Source of the DNA: an uncultured Chloroflexia bacterium
GTDB lineage: Bacteria > Chloroflexota > Limnocylindria > Limnocylindrales > CSP1-4
Direction: 5' to 3'
Length of the DNA stretch: 64,000 nt
Assembly (NCBI GenBank): GCA_963713975.1
Contig: OY970218.1
Coordinates: 960,001 to 1,024,000, forward strand
Of this stretch, positions 48,833 to 58,986 are shown in pieces; position 1 is the first letter of the stretch; every line of letters starts with the position of its first letter. The position numbers and the translations under genes were made by a program. Below the pieces are notes generated by a model that made no database searches, was not told the origin of the DNA, and saw only the letters and a program-made list of their open reading frames with translations.

Positions 48833-51800
48833 ATGACCTCGTCCGCGTCCCCGCAGCCGAGAGCCGCGACGGAGTGGGATCTTGCCCGGGACCGGCCCGA
48901 CGCGTACATCCCGCGCGATCGCCGCTGGGCCCTGCACGCCGGGCGCACCATCCCGGACCGCGTCACGGGCTCGGCGCTGTTCGCGGACATCAGCGGGTTC
49001 ACGCCCCTCACCGAGGCGCTCGCAAAGGAGCTCGGCCCACAGCGAGGTGCGGAGGAGCTCACGGCCAGCATCGGTCGCGTGTTCCACGCCGTCATCAGCG
49101 CGCTCGACGCCTATGACGGCAACGTCATCTACTTCGCCGGTGACGCGATCACCTGCTGGATCGACGGCGACGACGGCACCCGGGCATGTGCGGCGGCCGC
49201 CGGCATGCAGGAGGCAATCGGACGGACGGGCCTGATCGTGACGCCGGGCGGGAGCGAGGTCCAGCTCGCGATGAAGGTCGCGATCGCGGTGGGCGCCGCA
49301 CGCCGGTTCGTGGTTGGCGACCCCGACCTCCAGCTGATCGACGTCCTGGCCGGGCGACTGATGGACGACCTGGCCGAGGCTGAGCACCACGCCCGGAAGG
49401 GTGAGGTTGTGCTCGATCCTTCTGCGGTCGCGGCCCTCGGTGACCGTGCGGTGCTGGGCGACCTCCGGACCGACGAGGACACGGGCCGGACCTGCGCGGT
49501 CCTTCGGGGGCTGGTCATCGATGTGGAGCCGGAGCCGGGTCACCAGCCAGCTCCACTCCCCGATGACCTCGTGCGGCCGTGGCTGCTGCCCGCCGTCTAC
49601 GAGCGCATCCGCACGGGCCGCGGGGAGTTCCTCGCCGAGCTGCGCCCTGCGATCCCGATCTTCCTGCGCTTCGGCGGGATCGACTACGACAATGACGATG
49701 ATGCGATCCACAAGCTGGACGAGTTCGTGCGCGCAGCCCAGCGGGTCCTCAACGGGTTTGGCGGCAACGTCCTGCAGCTGACCCTGGGCGACAAGGGCGC
49801 ATACCTGTACGGCGTGTTCGGGTCACCGCTCGCCCACGAGGATGATGCCGCGCGCGCGGCCGCCGCGGCCCTCGACCTCCGGGACCTGGAGCGCACGACG
49901 GCCGCGCGCGGCATCCAGATCGGGCTGACCCAGGGCCGACTGCGCAGTGGCACCTATGGCCACGAGATGCGCCGGACCTTCGTGTGTCTCGGCGACGCGG
50001 TGAACCTCTCCGCGCGCCTGATGTCGGCCGCGCCGCCCGGACAGATCTTCGTGGCCCGGCCCGTGCGCGAGGCTGCCGGCGACGCCTTCATCTGGGAACG
50101 GCTGCCCGACCTCACGGTCAAGGGCAAGGCCGACCCCATCGAGGCCTGGTCGCTCACGGGCTCGCTGGAGCGGGCGTCGCGCCGCAGGACCCGGTTCGAA
50201 CTGGGCCTGGTCGGCCGCCGGCGCGAGCTCGCCGTGCTGGGCGATGGCCTGGCCATGGCCTCGAGCGGCCACGGCCGCGCCATCGGCATCGCCGCCGAGG
50301 CCGGTATGGGCAAGTCACGGCTCGTGGCGGAGTTCGTGCGGAACGTGCGGCGGAGCGGCATGACCGTGGCGTTCGGCGAGTGCCAGTCCTACGGGACGAG
50401 GACGCCGTACTTCGTCTGGCGCGAGATCTGGCGCCGCCTGTTCGGGCTGGACGACGATGATCCGCGCGAGCGCCAGGTCGCGGCGCTCGAGCGCCGGCTC
50501 CGGGCGATCGATCCCGCGCTGGTGTCCCGTGCCCCACTCCTGGGCGAGGTCGTGGGCCTGGTGATCCCGGACAGTGACCTCACCCGGAGCTTCGATGCCA
50601 AGCTCCGCAAGACGTCCCTCGAGGATCTGCTCGCCACGTGCCTGCGCGCAAGGGCCGCCGAGGCTCCCTTCGTCGCCGTCCTCGAGGACTGTCATTGGAT
50701 CGACGAGCTCTCGCGCGACCTGCTCGGCACGCTGGCCCGCGCCGCCGTCGCGCTGCCGGTCCTGTTCGTCCTCGCCTACCGGCCGGAGGCCGAGCCGGGC
50801 GGGGGCCTGGGGATCGCACGCGTCGCCGGGTTCAGCGAGCTCGAGCTGGACCAGATGGAGCCGGCCGAGGTCGCCCAGCTGGTCCGTTCCAAGATGGAGC
50901 AGCTCCAGGGTGAGGATGTCGAGGTTTCCGACGCGCTCATCGAGCTGGTCGCGGCACGCTCCGAAGGCAACCCGTTCTACGTGGAGGAGCTCCTCAACTT
51001 CATCGTCGCCCAGGGTATCGACGCCGCCGACGGTTCCGCGGTGGACGCCGTGCACCTTCCGGAGAGCCTCCACATGCTCGTGCTCAGCCGGATCGACGCC
51101 GCGTCAGAGGGTCCGCGACGGACGCTGAAGGTGGCGAGCGTCGTCGGCCGCGTCTTTCCCGCCCCGATGCTCCCGGGCACGTACGAGGAGCTCGGGACGC
51201 TCGACGCCGTCCTCGGCCACCTCGACTCGCTGCGGACGCTGGACCTGGTCGCCCTGGACCGCGAGGAGGACCAGGCCTGGATGTTCAAGCACGTGGTGAC
51301 CCAGGAGGTCGCCTACGAGAGCCTCCCGTTCGCCATCCGGGCCGAGCTCCACGGGCGGGCGGCCGGCCACATCGAACGGACCGAGCCTGACCTCGAGCGC
51401 GTGGTGCCACTGCTCGAGCACCACTACTACCGGAGCGACCTGGAGGACAAGAAGCGCGAGTACCTGTGGAAGGCTGCCGAGGCGGCGCAGGCCTCGTACG
51501 CGAACAAGGCCGCCGTCGCCTACTTCGAGCGCCTGGTCCCGTTGCTCGAGGACGAGGAGTGCATGCGGGCCAGGCTGGCCCTCGGCAGGGCCTACGAGCT
51601 CACCGGCGACTGGGCGCGGGCGGCCGAGCTCGACGAGGCCGCCCTGGAGCTCGCACAGGCGATCGGGAACCGGCGGGGGGAGGCCGATGCGCTCGCGGCC
51701 CTCGCGGAGGTCGCCCGCAAGCAGGGACGCTACGACGAGGCGTCCGAGCGGATCGACAGGGCACGCGTGCTCTTCACGGAGCTGGACGACGAGCTCGGGA

Positions 51801-52564
51801 TCGGGGTGGTCGTCCACCTGTCGGGGACCATCGCCGCCCAGCGCGGAGACTACGAGGAGGCACGGGCCCGGTACCTCGAGAGCTACGCGATCCGGGAGCG
51901 GCACGGTGACCGCGACCAGCTCGGACGGCTGCTGTCCAACCTCGCAATCGTGGCCGAGTACTCCTCGGACTTCGTCGAGTCCCGGCGCCTCAACGAGGAG
52001 GCGCTGGCGGTCCGGACGTCGCTCGGGGACCAGTGGGCCATCGCCCTGTCGCTCAACAACCTGGCCGTGATCGACCTCTACGAGCGGAAGTACGCGGAGG
52101 CTGCGGAGCGCTACGAGGCATCCGTGCGGCTGGCCCGCGAGGTCGGCGACCCGTGGCTGCTGTCGCTCGCCTACTTCAACCTCGGCAAGGCTCGCCGGGG
52201 CCTGGGCGACACCGAGCGGGCCTGCCGGATCTTCGCCGAGTCGATCGACTCGTTTCAGCGCCTCGACGACCCGTACGACCTGGCGGAGGTCATCGAGGAT
52301 GTGGCCGTGATCGCCGCCGACACCGAGCCGGCGCTGGGCCTCGAGCTGCTGGGCGGCGCGGACCGTCTCCGCGCGGACATCGGAGCCGCCCGACCGAGCG
52401 CGCGGGCGGCGGAGCTTGACGAGGCGCTCACGCCGGCACGCGCGGTGCTGGGCGAGGCCGGTGCGGCCGACACCATCGAGCGCGGCCGTCAACAGGAGCC
52501 GGGGCACGCGATCGAGATCGCGCTGGCAGTCTGCGCGGGGCGCGGAGGCACCACTTCCGCATAG
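48833..52564 (+). CDS. Tandem class III nucleotide cyclase - STAND/AAA ATPase - TPR protein (soluble adenylate cyclase-like)
   Basis: FADISGFT, FAGDAI, GDKG, GDAVNLSARLM; AEAGMGKSRL, LEDCHW, GNPFY; TPR repeats. Confidence 0.93.
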   Translation: MTSSASPQPRAATEWDLARDRPDAYIPRDRRWALHAGRTIPDRVTGSALFADISGFTPLTEALAKELGPQRGAEELTASIGRVFHAVISALDAYDGNVIYFAGDAITCWIDGDDGTRACAAAAGMQEAIGRTGLIVTPGGSEVQLAMKVAIAVGAARRFVVGDPDLQLIDVLAGRLMDDLAEAEHHARKGEVVLDPSAVAALGDRAVLGDLRTDEDTGRTCAVLRGLVIDVEPEPGHQPAPLPDDLVRPWLLPAVYERIRTGRGEFLAELRPAIPIFLRFGGIDYDNDDDAIHKLDEFVRAAQRVLNGFGGNVLQLTLGDKGAYLYGVFGSPLAHEDDAARAAAAALDLRDLERTTAARGIQIGLTQGRLRSGTYGHEMRRTFVCLGDAVNLSARLMSAAPPGQIFVARPVREAAGDAFIWERLPDLTVKGKADPIEAWSLTGSLERASRRRTRFELGLVGRRRELAVLGDGLAMASSGHGRAIGIAAEAGMGKSRLVAEFVRNVRRSGMTVAFGECQSYGTRTPYFVWREIWRRLFGLDDDDPRERQVAALERRLRAIDPALVSRAPLLGEVVGLVIPDSDLTRSFDAKLRKTSLEDLLATCLRARAAEAPFVAVLEDCHWIDELSRDLLGTLARAAVALPVLFVLAYRPEAEPGGGLGIARVAGFSELELDQMEPAEVAQLVRSKMEQLQGEDVEVSDALIELVAARSEGNPFYVEELLNFIVAQGIDAADGSAVDAVHLPESLHMLVLSRIDAASEGPRRTLKVASVVGRVFPAPMLPGTYEELGTLDAVLGHLDSLRTLDLVALDREEDQAWMFKHVVTQEVAYESLPFAIRAELHGRAAGHIERTEPDLERVVPLLEHHYYRSDLEDKKREYLWKAAEAAQASYANKAAVAYFERLVPLLEDEECMRARLALGRAYELTGDWARAAELDEAALELAQAIGNRRGEADALAALAEVARKQGRYDEASERIDRARVLFTELDDELGIGVVVHLSGTIAAQRGDYEEARARYLESYAIRERHGDRDQLGRLLSNLAIVAEYSSDFVESRRLNEEALAVRTSLGDQWAIALSLNNLAVIDLYERKYAEAAERYEASVRLAREVGDPWLLSLAYFNLGKARRGLGDTERACRIFAESIDSFQRLDDPYDLAEVIEDVAVIAADTEPALGLELLGGADRLRADIGAARPSARAAELDEALTPARAVLGEAGAADTIERGRQQEPGHAIEIALAVCAGRGGTTSA

Positions 52565-52740
52565 ACAGGGCTCCGGCTGCCCGCAGGCGCGCGGCCTTCG
52601 CAGTGTGTCGTGGGTGCCATAGGTACTATCCAAACCCTGCCAGAGGTCACATACTGCCGTGATCGCGGCCCCGGGTCGGGGTCGCCACCGGTCGCATGCC
52701 CACAGTGCCGGGCAGGCGTGCCAGCCAGCCAGGAGCCGAG

Positions 52741-55700
52741 GTGCCGTCCGTGTCCCAGAACCCGTCGGGTTCCACCCACCATCGCTTGACCCACAGGACA
52801 TCTCGTGAGGGGCGCGTCCGCCTCCGGCGTCTCGGGTCGCTCCTGCTGACCGGGCTCCTGCTCGCCCAGGCTGTACCCGTGCTCGGCGCCGGCGTCACGG
52901 TCGTGGCCAACGTGGGGACCTGGGCGGGAGATGGCCCAGGCACGACCGCGACCGTCCTGGACGGAACCGGCGGGCTCGCCCAGTTCGACTACAGCCTCAA
53001 TCGAGGCGGCGACTTCGACGCGAAGTCCTGGTCGTTCCAGACGACCGCGACCAGCTCGGGCACCGTGCCCATGACCTGGCGCCTCACCGGCTTCCATGCG
53101 TGGTACCAGGTCACCTTGGGCCTCGAGGCGTACGTCAAGCCACAGGGCGGCGCGCCCGCGTACACGTCCGTCCTCGGCGCAGGTCCCGCGAACTGCTGCA
53201 CTGAGCCGTCCGGTGGCTTCGACTACGCCGGCACGACCAGCCTCACGGTCCAGGCGGGCGATGAGTTCGGCTTCCGGATCACCGGCGACAACTACGACGC
53301 CAACAACGTCCTCCAGGGCTCCCTCAGGGTCGGCCTCAACGTGGTCTCGAATGGCGGCTTCGAGGATCCGGCCATCCAGCACACGGCGACCTTCGACACC
53401 TACGGCTCCCAGTCGAGCCAGCTCACCGGCTGGGACGTGACGACAGGATCCATCGATCACATCGGCGAGTACTGGCACGCGGCGGAGGGGGACCAGTCCG
53501 TCGACCTCGACGGCTCCGCGGCAGGCACCATCACGCAGACGGTCCCGACCGTCCCGAACCAGGCGTACCGCGTCGCATTCCAGTACTCGGCCAACGGCGA
53601 CCGGCCCGCGGCCCAGGCCAAGCCCAAGATGATCGTGAAGGCGGATGGCACGTCGCTGGGCACCTTCGACCACGGCTTCGCCGCCGCCAACCCGAACATC
53701 AACTGGGCGGCAGGTGAGGCGTCGTTCGTCGCGACCGGGACATCCACAGTGCTCTCGTTCGTCTCGGACGACGACGCCGCGTCGCCATGGGGGATCGCAC
53801 TCGACGCGATCACGGTCGTGCCGGACCTCTCGATCGTGCCCGCACCGCCCGGCTTCTCCTTTGACGCGCCGGGGGCCGGCGCCACCGACGCTGATCCGCT
53901 CGAGTTGACGCCCGGGACGAGCCACGAGGTCACGATCCCGGTCGTGCTCACGCACGGCGCCACCAGCGTCGACGTGGGCGTGGCGGGCGTCGCGCCCGCG
54001 GCCTCCGGGGTTAGCGCGACGGCGATCGCCACCGCAACGGAGACCGCCACCGTCACGGTGTCGGCCGCGGCCAACGCCCCCGCGGGGAACTCCGTGGTGA
54101 CCGTGGCCGGCAACGTCGGCTCCGTGTCCGACACCGTGCCCATCTACGTCACGGTGCTGCCACCTGCGCCCGACTTCTCGTTCGGGACGCCGAGCGCCGG
54201 TAGCGACAGCGGGCAGCCGCTGAGCGTGGCGCAGGGCACGAGCGCCCAGAGCCTTGTCGGCGTGAGCCTGCTCAACGGCGCTGCCAGCGTCGCCACCTCC
54301 GTCGAGGTCAATCCCGCGGGCGGCGGCGTCACGGCGACGACCGGCGCGACCGCGACGACCTCCGCGGCGGTGGTCATCTCCGCCGGCCCGGACACGGAGC
54401 CCGGCACCTACCAGGTGACCCTCAGCGGTGCGGTCGGGGACCTGTCCCACGACGCGATCATCCACGTGAGCGTGCCGGCGCCGGCAGCTGTTGGCATCCC
54501 GCAGCTGACCAACGCCTACCACGCGGCCGGAGCGGCGACCACGCTGGTCGCCGGGCGCATCACGGCGACCGCCAACACGACGTACACGATTGGTTTCGCC
54601 TCGGCGGCCTCCTGCCCCAGCGGCATCTTCCCCGTGGGATCGACCGACTTCGGCGCGATCTCCGTGACCACGGACAGCAATGGCAACGCGTTCTTCAACT
54701 CGACCACGCCCCCGGGCGCCGTGACCGGTCATCCGGAAACCGGCGAGTCGTTCATCGCAGCCCACGTGACGGGTCCCCATGGACGGAACTCCGGCTTCTC
54801 GCCGTGCGTGGTCAACAGCCCGGACAACGACACCTGGCCGCGCGCATTGCTCCTCAGCGGCAACGGCGGACCGGCACCGGCCGGGACGTGGATCGACCAG
54901 CCCGGCGCGGCCCGCTGGTTCAAGGTGCATGTCGTCCCGGGCGGCAGCGTGACGCTCGACCTGTCGAACGTCCCGGCGGACTACGACGTCTACCTGTTCC
55001 GCGACATCCAGCAGACCTATGACGCCCTGACGACCGAGCAGGACCTCGTCAAGATGAGCGCGGAGTTCGCGGGATCGGGCTTCAGTGGCTCCGGTTTCAG
55101 CGGGTCCGGCTTCAGTGGCTCGGGGTTCTCGGGCTCCGGGTTCTCGGGCTCGGGCTTCAGTGGCTCGGGGTTCTCAGGCTCGGGGTTCAGCCCTGACTCC
55201 TACTCGGGCTCCGGGTTCAGCGGTTCCGGCTTCAGTGGCTCCGGGTTCAGCGGTTCCGGCTTCAGCGGTTCCGGCTTCAGTGGCTCCGGGTTCAGCGGCT
55301 CGGGCTTCAGTGGCTCCGGGTTCAGCGGTTCCGGGTTCTCCGCCGACAGCTTCTCCGCGGCGCAGGTGTACAGCCTGATCGCCTGGTCCAACAACCTGGG
55401 CCTGGCGACCGAGCACGCGGCGTCCAACACATGGACGAGCACCGGTGACTTCTACATCCGCGTCAACGGCAAGAACGGCGTCGCAAGCCTCGATCAGCCA
55501 TTCACGCTCGAGGTCGCTTTGGACGGCAACCTCTGCTCCGGGGTCAACCCGAGCAATCTCAACCCAATCGCGGTCGATTCAGGCCTTGGTTCTCTCAGCA
55601 CCCTCATCCTCACCGACACCTCCCGCTTCGGCGGGGCGGCGACATCGACGATGGTGTCGAAGCTCGGCGAAGTCGGTCACGTGGTTGACCTGGCGGCCGA

Positions 55701-58700
55701 CGGCCGCGTCCAGGCGCTCCAGGCCCAGGCCGACGAGAACGCCGGCTGCGTCTATGCGAAGAACCTCGTGGCCTCCGCTGCCAAGGACGTCGTGGACGCC
55801 TATCGCTCCGCCTACCCCAGCGTCAGGTACATCGTCCTCGCGGGTGGGGACGATGTAGTCCCGTTCTTCCGTTACCCGGACACCTCTTCGATCGGCCCGG
55901 AGGTCAACTACTTCCCGCCGGTCGAGAGCAGCTCCACCTCGGAGGCCAGCCTCCGCAGCAACTACACCCTGGGCCAGGACGCGTACGGCTCCACCATGTC
56001 GATCTCGCACGGACCGGTCGACTTCCCGATCCCCGGCCTCCCGGTCGGGCGACTCGTGGAGTCACCGTCCGAGATCACGGGCATGGCGCAGGCGTACCTC
56101 GACCAACACACCGTGATCCCCGGAACCTCGCTGGTGACCGGCTACGACTTCATCGCGGATGCGGCCGCCTCGATCAAGGGCAGCCTTGACGCGGGCACGG
56201 GGCAGGCGGGGCAGGCCCTCGTCGACCCATATGGCGCCTCGCCGGCCACCGGTTGGAACGCCACCGCCCTCAAGAGCGCACTTCTCGGCAGCAGGAACGA
56301 CATCACCTTCCTGGGCGGGCACTTCAGCGCCAACAGCGCCCTGGCGGCCGACTTCACCACCGTCATGACGACCGACGACTTCGCCGCGTCGCCGACCAAC
56401 TTCGCCAACACCATCATCTTCAGCATCGGCTGCCATTCGGGCTACAACCTCGTGGACGCCCACGGCATCCCGAACGTCACCCGAACGCTCGACTGGCCGC
56501 AGGTGTTCTCGCAGCGCCAGGTGACCTCGATCCTGGGCACCGGCTACCAGTACGGTGACACCGACTTCATCGAGTACAGCGAGCGCATCTACAGCGAGTT
56601 CTCGAAGCAGCTGCTCTACGGGAGCGGCCCCGTCGGGATCGGCAACGCCCTCGTTGCAGCCAAGCTCGCCTACCTCAAGGAGACACCGGCCGTCGGCGAC
56701 CTCCACGAGAAGGCGCTCCTCGAGTCGGCCCTCTACGGACTGCCGATGCTGGGCATCGACATGCCGTCCGGCCGCACCCCGGCACCGTCGGACTCGTCCG
56801 CGATTCCGCTGACGCCGTTCGGCACCGAGCCCGGTATCACGACCGGTCTCCGCTACCACGATATCGACCAGTCGACGCCGAGCGTCGAGAAGACCAAGAC
56901 GCTCAACGTCCAGGGCGGTGGCACGCTGACCGCCAGGTACCTCACCGCTCCCGGCGGTGGTGTCCTGACGACGCCCGGCGCGCCGGTCCTGCCGCTCTAT
57001 TCGACGAGCGCCAGGGCGAGCGATGCCGGGTATGTCCTGCGTGGCGTCGGGTTCCTCGGCGGTGCGTATTCGGACGCGTCCGTCACGCCGTTGACCGGTG
57101 CGCCCGGCACCGAGCTGCAGTCGGCCCACACCTCCTTCTCCTCGCCGACCTTCTATCCCACCGAGATGTGGTCCGCCAACTACTTCGACGCGCTGGGAGG
57201 GGGCGGCGGCGTCACCCTGTTCACCACCCCGGCCCAGCACCGGGCGGACGTGCCGGGAGGCGATGTCGTAACGCTCAGGACCTACGGCAACCTCAACCTC
57301 CGGCTGTTCTACAGCAACACCACGGCCAGCGGTTCCAAGTCCGCGCCGCCCGCCATCTATGGGGTCAGGAGCGACCTGGAGACCGGGGCCAACCCGCCCA
57401 CCAGGATCACGGCCCACGTCGTGGGCGATCCCAAGGCCGACGTCCAGCAGGTCTGGGTGACGTACACGGAGCCCGGTAGCGGCCTGTGGGGGTCATTCGA
57501 ACTCGTGCGGGACGGGACCGACCCGACGCTCTGGGCCCGGTCGATGGCGCTCGCCGCCGGCACGCAGTTCATCGTCCAGGCGGTGAACGGCTTCGGCGTC
57601 GTCAGTCGCAACGACAACTCCGCCGCGTACTACCAGGCCGGCGTCGCCGCCACCACCCCCGCACCCGGCAGCATCGAGCTCTCCGGCGCGACCGATGGTG
57701 CGTACGGGTCGACGGCCTCGGTCACCGCGACGCTCAAGAGCGGCGGGACGCCGGTTGCCGCCGGGAGGCTGGTGACCTTGACGCTCGGCTCCGTGACCCG
57801 GAGCGGGCACACGAACGGGAATGGCAAGGTCACCGTGTCGATGCCGCTCTCGGCAGGCGCCGGCACCTACCCGCTCACCGCCACCTTCCTGGGTGACGCT
57901 GAAACAGCGCCAGCCTCTGCCGCCGAGTCGTTCACCATCATCGCCGCGACATCGTCAACGACCATCACGTGCCCGGCCTCGGTGGGCTACTCAGGCAGTG
58001 CCCAGTCGCCGTGCACGGCCGTTGCCGAGGGCGCCGGCGGTCTCTACCAGCCCCTGGCTGTCGCCTACTCCGACAACCTCAATCCTGGGACCGCGACCGC
58101 GACCGCGACGTTCTACGGTGACGCCGCCCACGTGGGCAGCGACGCGACAACGACATTCGCGATCACCAAGCTTGGCCAGACGATCACGTTCTCCTCACCC
58201 GCGCCGGTCCCGGCGCCGACGAAGCTCACCACCGATCCCGACTTCACGGTGGTGGCGACCGCATCCTCGTCGCTGCCGGTGGCCCTCAGCGCCTCTGGCA
58301 GTTGCACGATCACGGGCCAGACCGTCCACATCACCGGGATCGGCACCTGCACGATCAAGGCGAACCAGGCCGGTACGCAGATCTACAGCGCGGCACCCGA
58401 GGAGGTGCTCAACATCAGCGTGACCTGGCCCTTCGACGGGTTCCTCTGGCCGGTGGCCAACCCGCCGACGATCAACATCGCCAGGGCGGGAGGCTGGGTT
58501 CCTCTGCGGTTCAGTCTCGGTGGCGACCGTGGCCTCGGCATCATCCAGGGTGGGGCACCCACCGTCTCGGAGATTGCATGCCCGGTCGGGCCTCCAGCCG
58601 CAACCGTCGACCAGACGGGGGCTTTCCAGGCGAAGTTGATCTACGTGAAGCTGACCGGTCGCTACCTGTATGCCTGGAAGGTGCCCCAGGCGTACAAGAA

Positions 58701-58770
58701 CCGGTGCTACCAGCTCCAGCTCAAGCTCGTGGACGGATCGACCCACCTGGCCAACTTCAAGTTCAGGTAG
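52741..58770 (+). CDS. Giant secreted multidomain protein: DUF642-like, Ig-like, PPC with SGSGF array, C25-like peptidase, C-terminal PxKF-like domain (start 52741 or 52750)
   Basis: Signal ...LLLAQAVP; VSNGGFE...SVDLDG; YIVLAGGDDVVPF, LPVGRL, GGHFS, IGCHSG; FDGFLWPV...VPLRFSL...YAWK. Confidence 0.85.
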   Translation: MPSVSQNPSGSTHHRLTHRTSREGRVRLRRLGSLLLTGLLLAQAVPVLGAGVTVVANVGTWAGDGPGTTATVLDGTGGLAQFDYSLNRGGDFDAKSWSFQTTATSSGTVPMTWRLTGFHAWYQVTLGLEAYVKPQGGAPAYTSVLGAGPANCCTEPSGGFDYAGTTSLTVQAGDEFGFRITGDNYDANNVLQGSLRVGLNVVSNGGFEDPAIQHTATFDTYGSQSSQLTGWDVTTGSIDHIGEYWHAAEGDQSVDLDGSAAGTITQTVPTVPNQAYRVAFQYSANGDRPAAQAKPKMIVKADGTSLGTFDHGFAAANPNINWAAGEASFVATGTSTVLSFVSDDDAASPWGIALDAITVVPDLSIVPAPPGFSFDAPGAGATDADPLELTPGTSHEVTIPVVLTHGATSVDVGVAGVAPAASGVSATAIATATETATVTVSAAANAPAGNSVVTVAGNVGSVSDTVPIYVTVLPPAPDFSFGTPSAGSDSGQPLSVAQGTSAQSLVGVSLLNGAASVATSVEVNPAGGGVTATTGATATTSAAVVISAGPDTEPGTYQVTLSGAVGDLSHDAIIHVSVPAPAAVGIPQLTNAYHAAGAATTLVAGRITATANTTYTIGFASAASCPSGIFPVGSTDFGAISVTTDSNGNAFFNSTTPPGAVTGHPETGESFIAAHVTGPHGRNSGFSPCVVNSPDNDTWPRALLLSGNGGPAPAGTWIDQPGAARWFKVHVVPGGSVTLDLSNVPADYDVYLFRDIQQTYDALTTEQDLVKMSAEFAGSGFSGSGFSGSGFSGSGFSGSGFSGSGFSGSGFSGSGFSPDSYSGSGFSGSGFSGSGFSGSGFSGSGFSGSGFSGSGFSGSGFSGSGFSADSFSAAQVYSLIAWSNNLGLATEHAASNTWTSTGDFYIRVNGKNGVASLDQPFTLEVALDGNLCSGVNPSNLNPIAVDSGLGSLSTLILTDTSRFGGAATSTMVSKLGEVGHVVDLAADGRVQALQAQADENAGCVYAKNLVASAAKDVVDAYRSAYPSVRYIVLAGGDDVVPFFRYPDTSSIGPEVNYFPPVESSSTSEASLRSNYTLGQDAYGSTMSISHGPVDFPIPGLPVGRLVESPSEITGMAQAYLDQHTVIPGTSLVTGYDFIADAAASIKGSLDAGTGQAGQALVDPYGASPATGWNATALKSALLGSRNDITFLGGHFSANSALAADFTTVMTTDDFAASPTNFANTIIFSIGCHSGYNLVDAHGIPNVTRTLDWPQVFSQRQVTSILGTGYQYGDTDFIEYSERIYSEFSKQLLYGSGPVGIGNALVAAKLAYLKETPAVGDLHEKALLESALYGLPMLGIDMPSGRTPAPSDSSAIPLTPFGTEPGITTGLRYHDIDQSTPSVEKTKTLNVQGGGTLTARYLTAPGGGVLTTPGAPVLPLYSTSARASDAGYVLRGVGFLGGAYSDASVTPLTGAPGTELQSAHTSFSSPTFYPTEMWSANYFDALGGGGGVTLFTTPAQHRADVPGGDVVTLRTYGNLNLRLFYSNTTASGSKSAPPAIYGVRSDLETGANPPTRITAHVVGDPKADVQQVWVTYTEPGSGLWGSFELVRDGTDPTLWARSMALAAGTQFIVQAVNGFGVVSRNDNSAAYYQAGVAATTPAPGSIELSGATDGAYGSTASVTATLKSGGTPVAAGRLVTLTLGSVTRSGHTNGNGKVTVSMPLSAGAGTYPLTATFLGDAETAPASAAESFTIIAATSSTTITCPASVGYSGSAQSPCTAVAEGAGGLYQPLAVAYSDNLNPGTATATATFYGDAAHVGSDATTTFAITKLGQTITFSSPAPVPAPTKLTTDPDFTVVATASSSLPVALSASGSCTITGQTVHITGIGTCTIKANQAGTQIYSAAPEEVLNISVTWPFDGFLWPVANPPTINIARAGGWVPLRFSLGGDRGLGIIQGGAPTVSEIACPVGPPAATVDQTGAFQAKLIYVKLTGRYLYAWKVPQAYKNRCYQLQLKLVDGSTHLANFKFR
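55069..55353 (+). repeat. 15-bp-period coding array, 19 pentapeptides (16 exact SGSGF)
   Basis: AGSGF-(SGSGF)7-SPDSY-(SGSGF)9-SADSF. Confidence 0.97.
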
Positions 58771-58808
58771 GTCTCACCTCGAACAGCACGCCCCGGCGTC
58801 CCCCGGGA

Positions 58809-58841
58809 GAGAGAAGCCCCGCCATCGGCGGGGCTTCTCTC
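58809..58841 (+). terminator. Intrinsic terminator hairpin
   Basis: GAGAGAAGCCCCGCC-ATC-GGCGGGGCTTCTCTC, 15-bp stem. Confidence 0.8.
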
Positions 58842-58939
58842 ATGGCGGCTGGAGCTCCTTGGTCGCCCTGGACCACGCCGGAACCCAGGACAGGCCCGTC
58901 CATCGGGTTTGCGCGTGACTCCACGCCCGGACGCAGGAC

Positions 58940-58960
58940 GGCCCCGCCATCGGCGGGGCC
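58940..58960 (-). terminator. Hairpin downstream of rpmE
   Basis: GGCCCCGCC-ATC-GGCGGGGCC. Confidence 0.6.
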
Positions 58961-58986
58961 GCTATGTTGTCGCGAGAGAACCGGCG

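Noticed and set aside
55069-55353. DNA minisatellite, CRISPR, or antisense (EPLKP/EPLNP)n peptide
   Set aside because: Variation is synonymous in the SGSGF frame of the long gene; the antisense ORF is a by-product.
58842-58939. tRNA between the twin hairpins
   Set aside because: No TTCGA T-loop, cloverleaf or CCA end on either strand.
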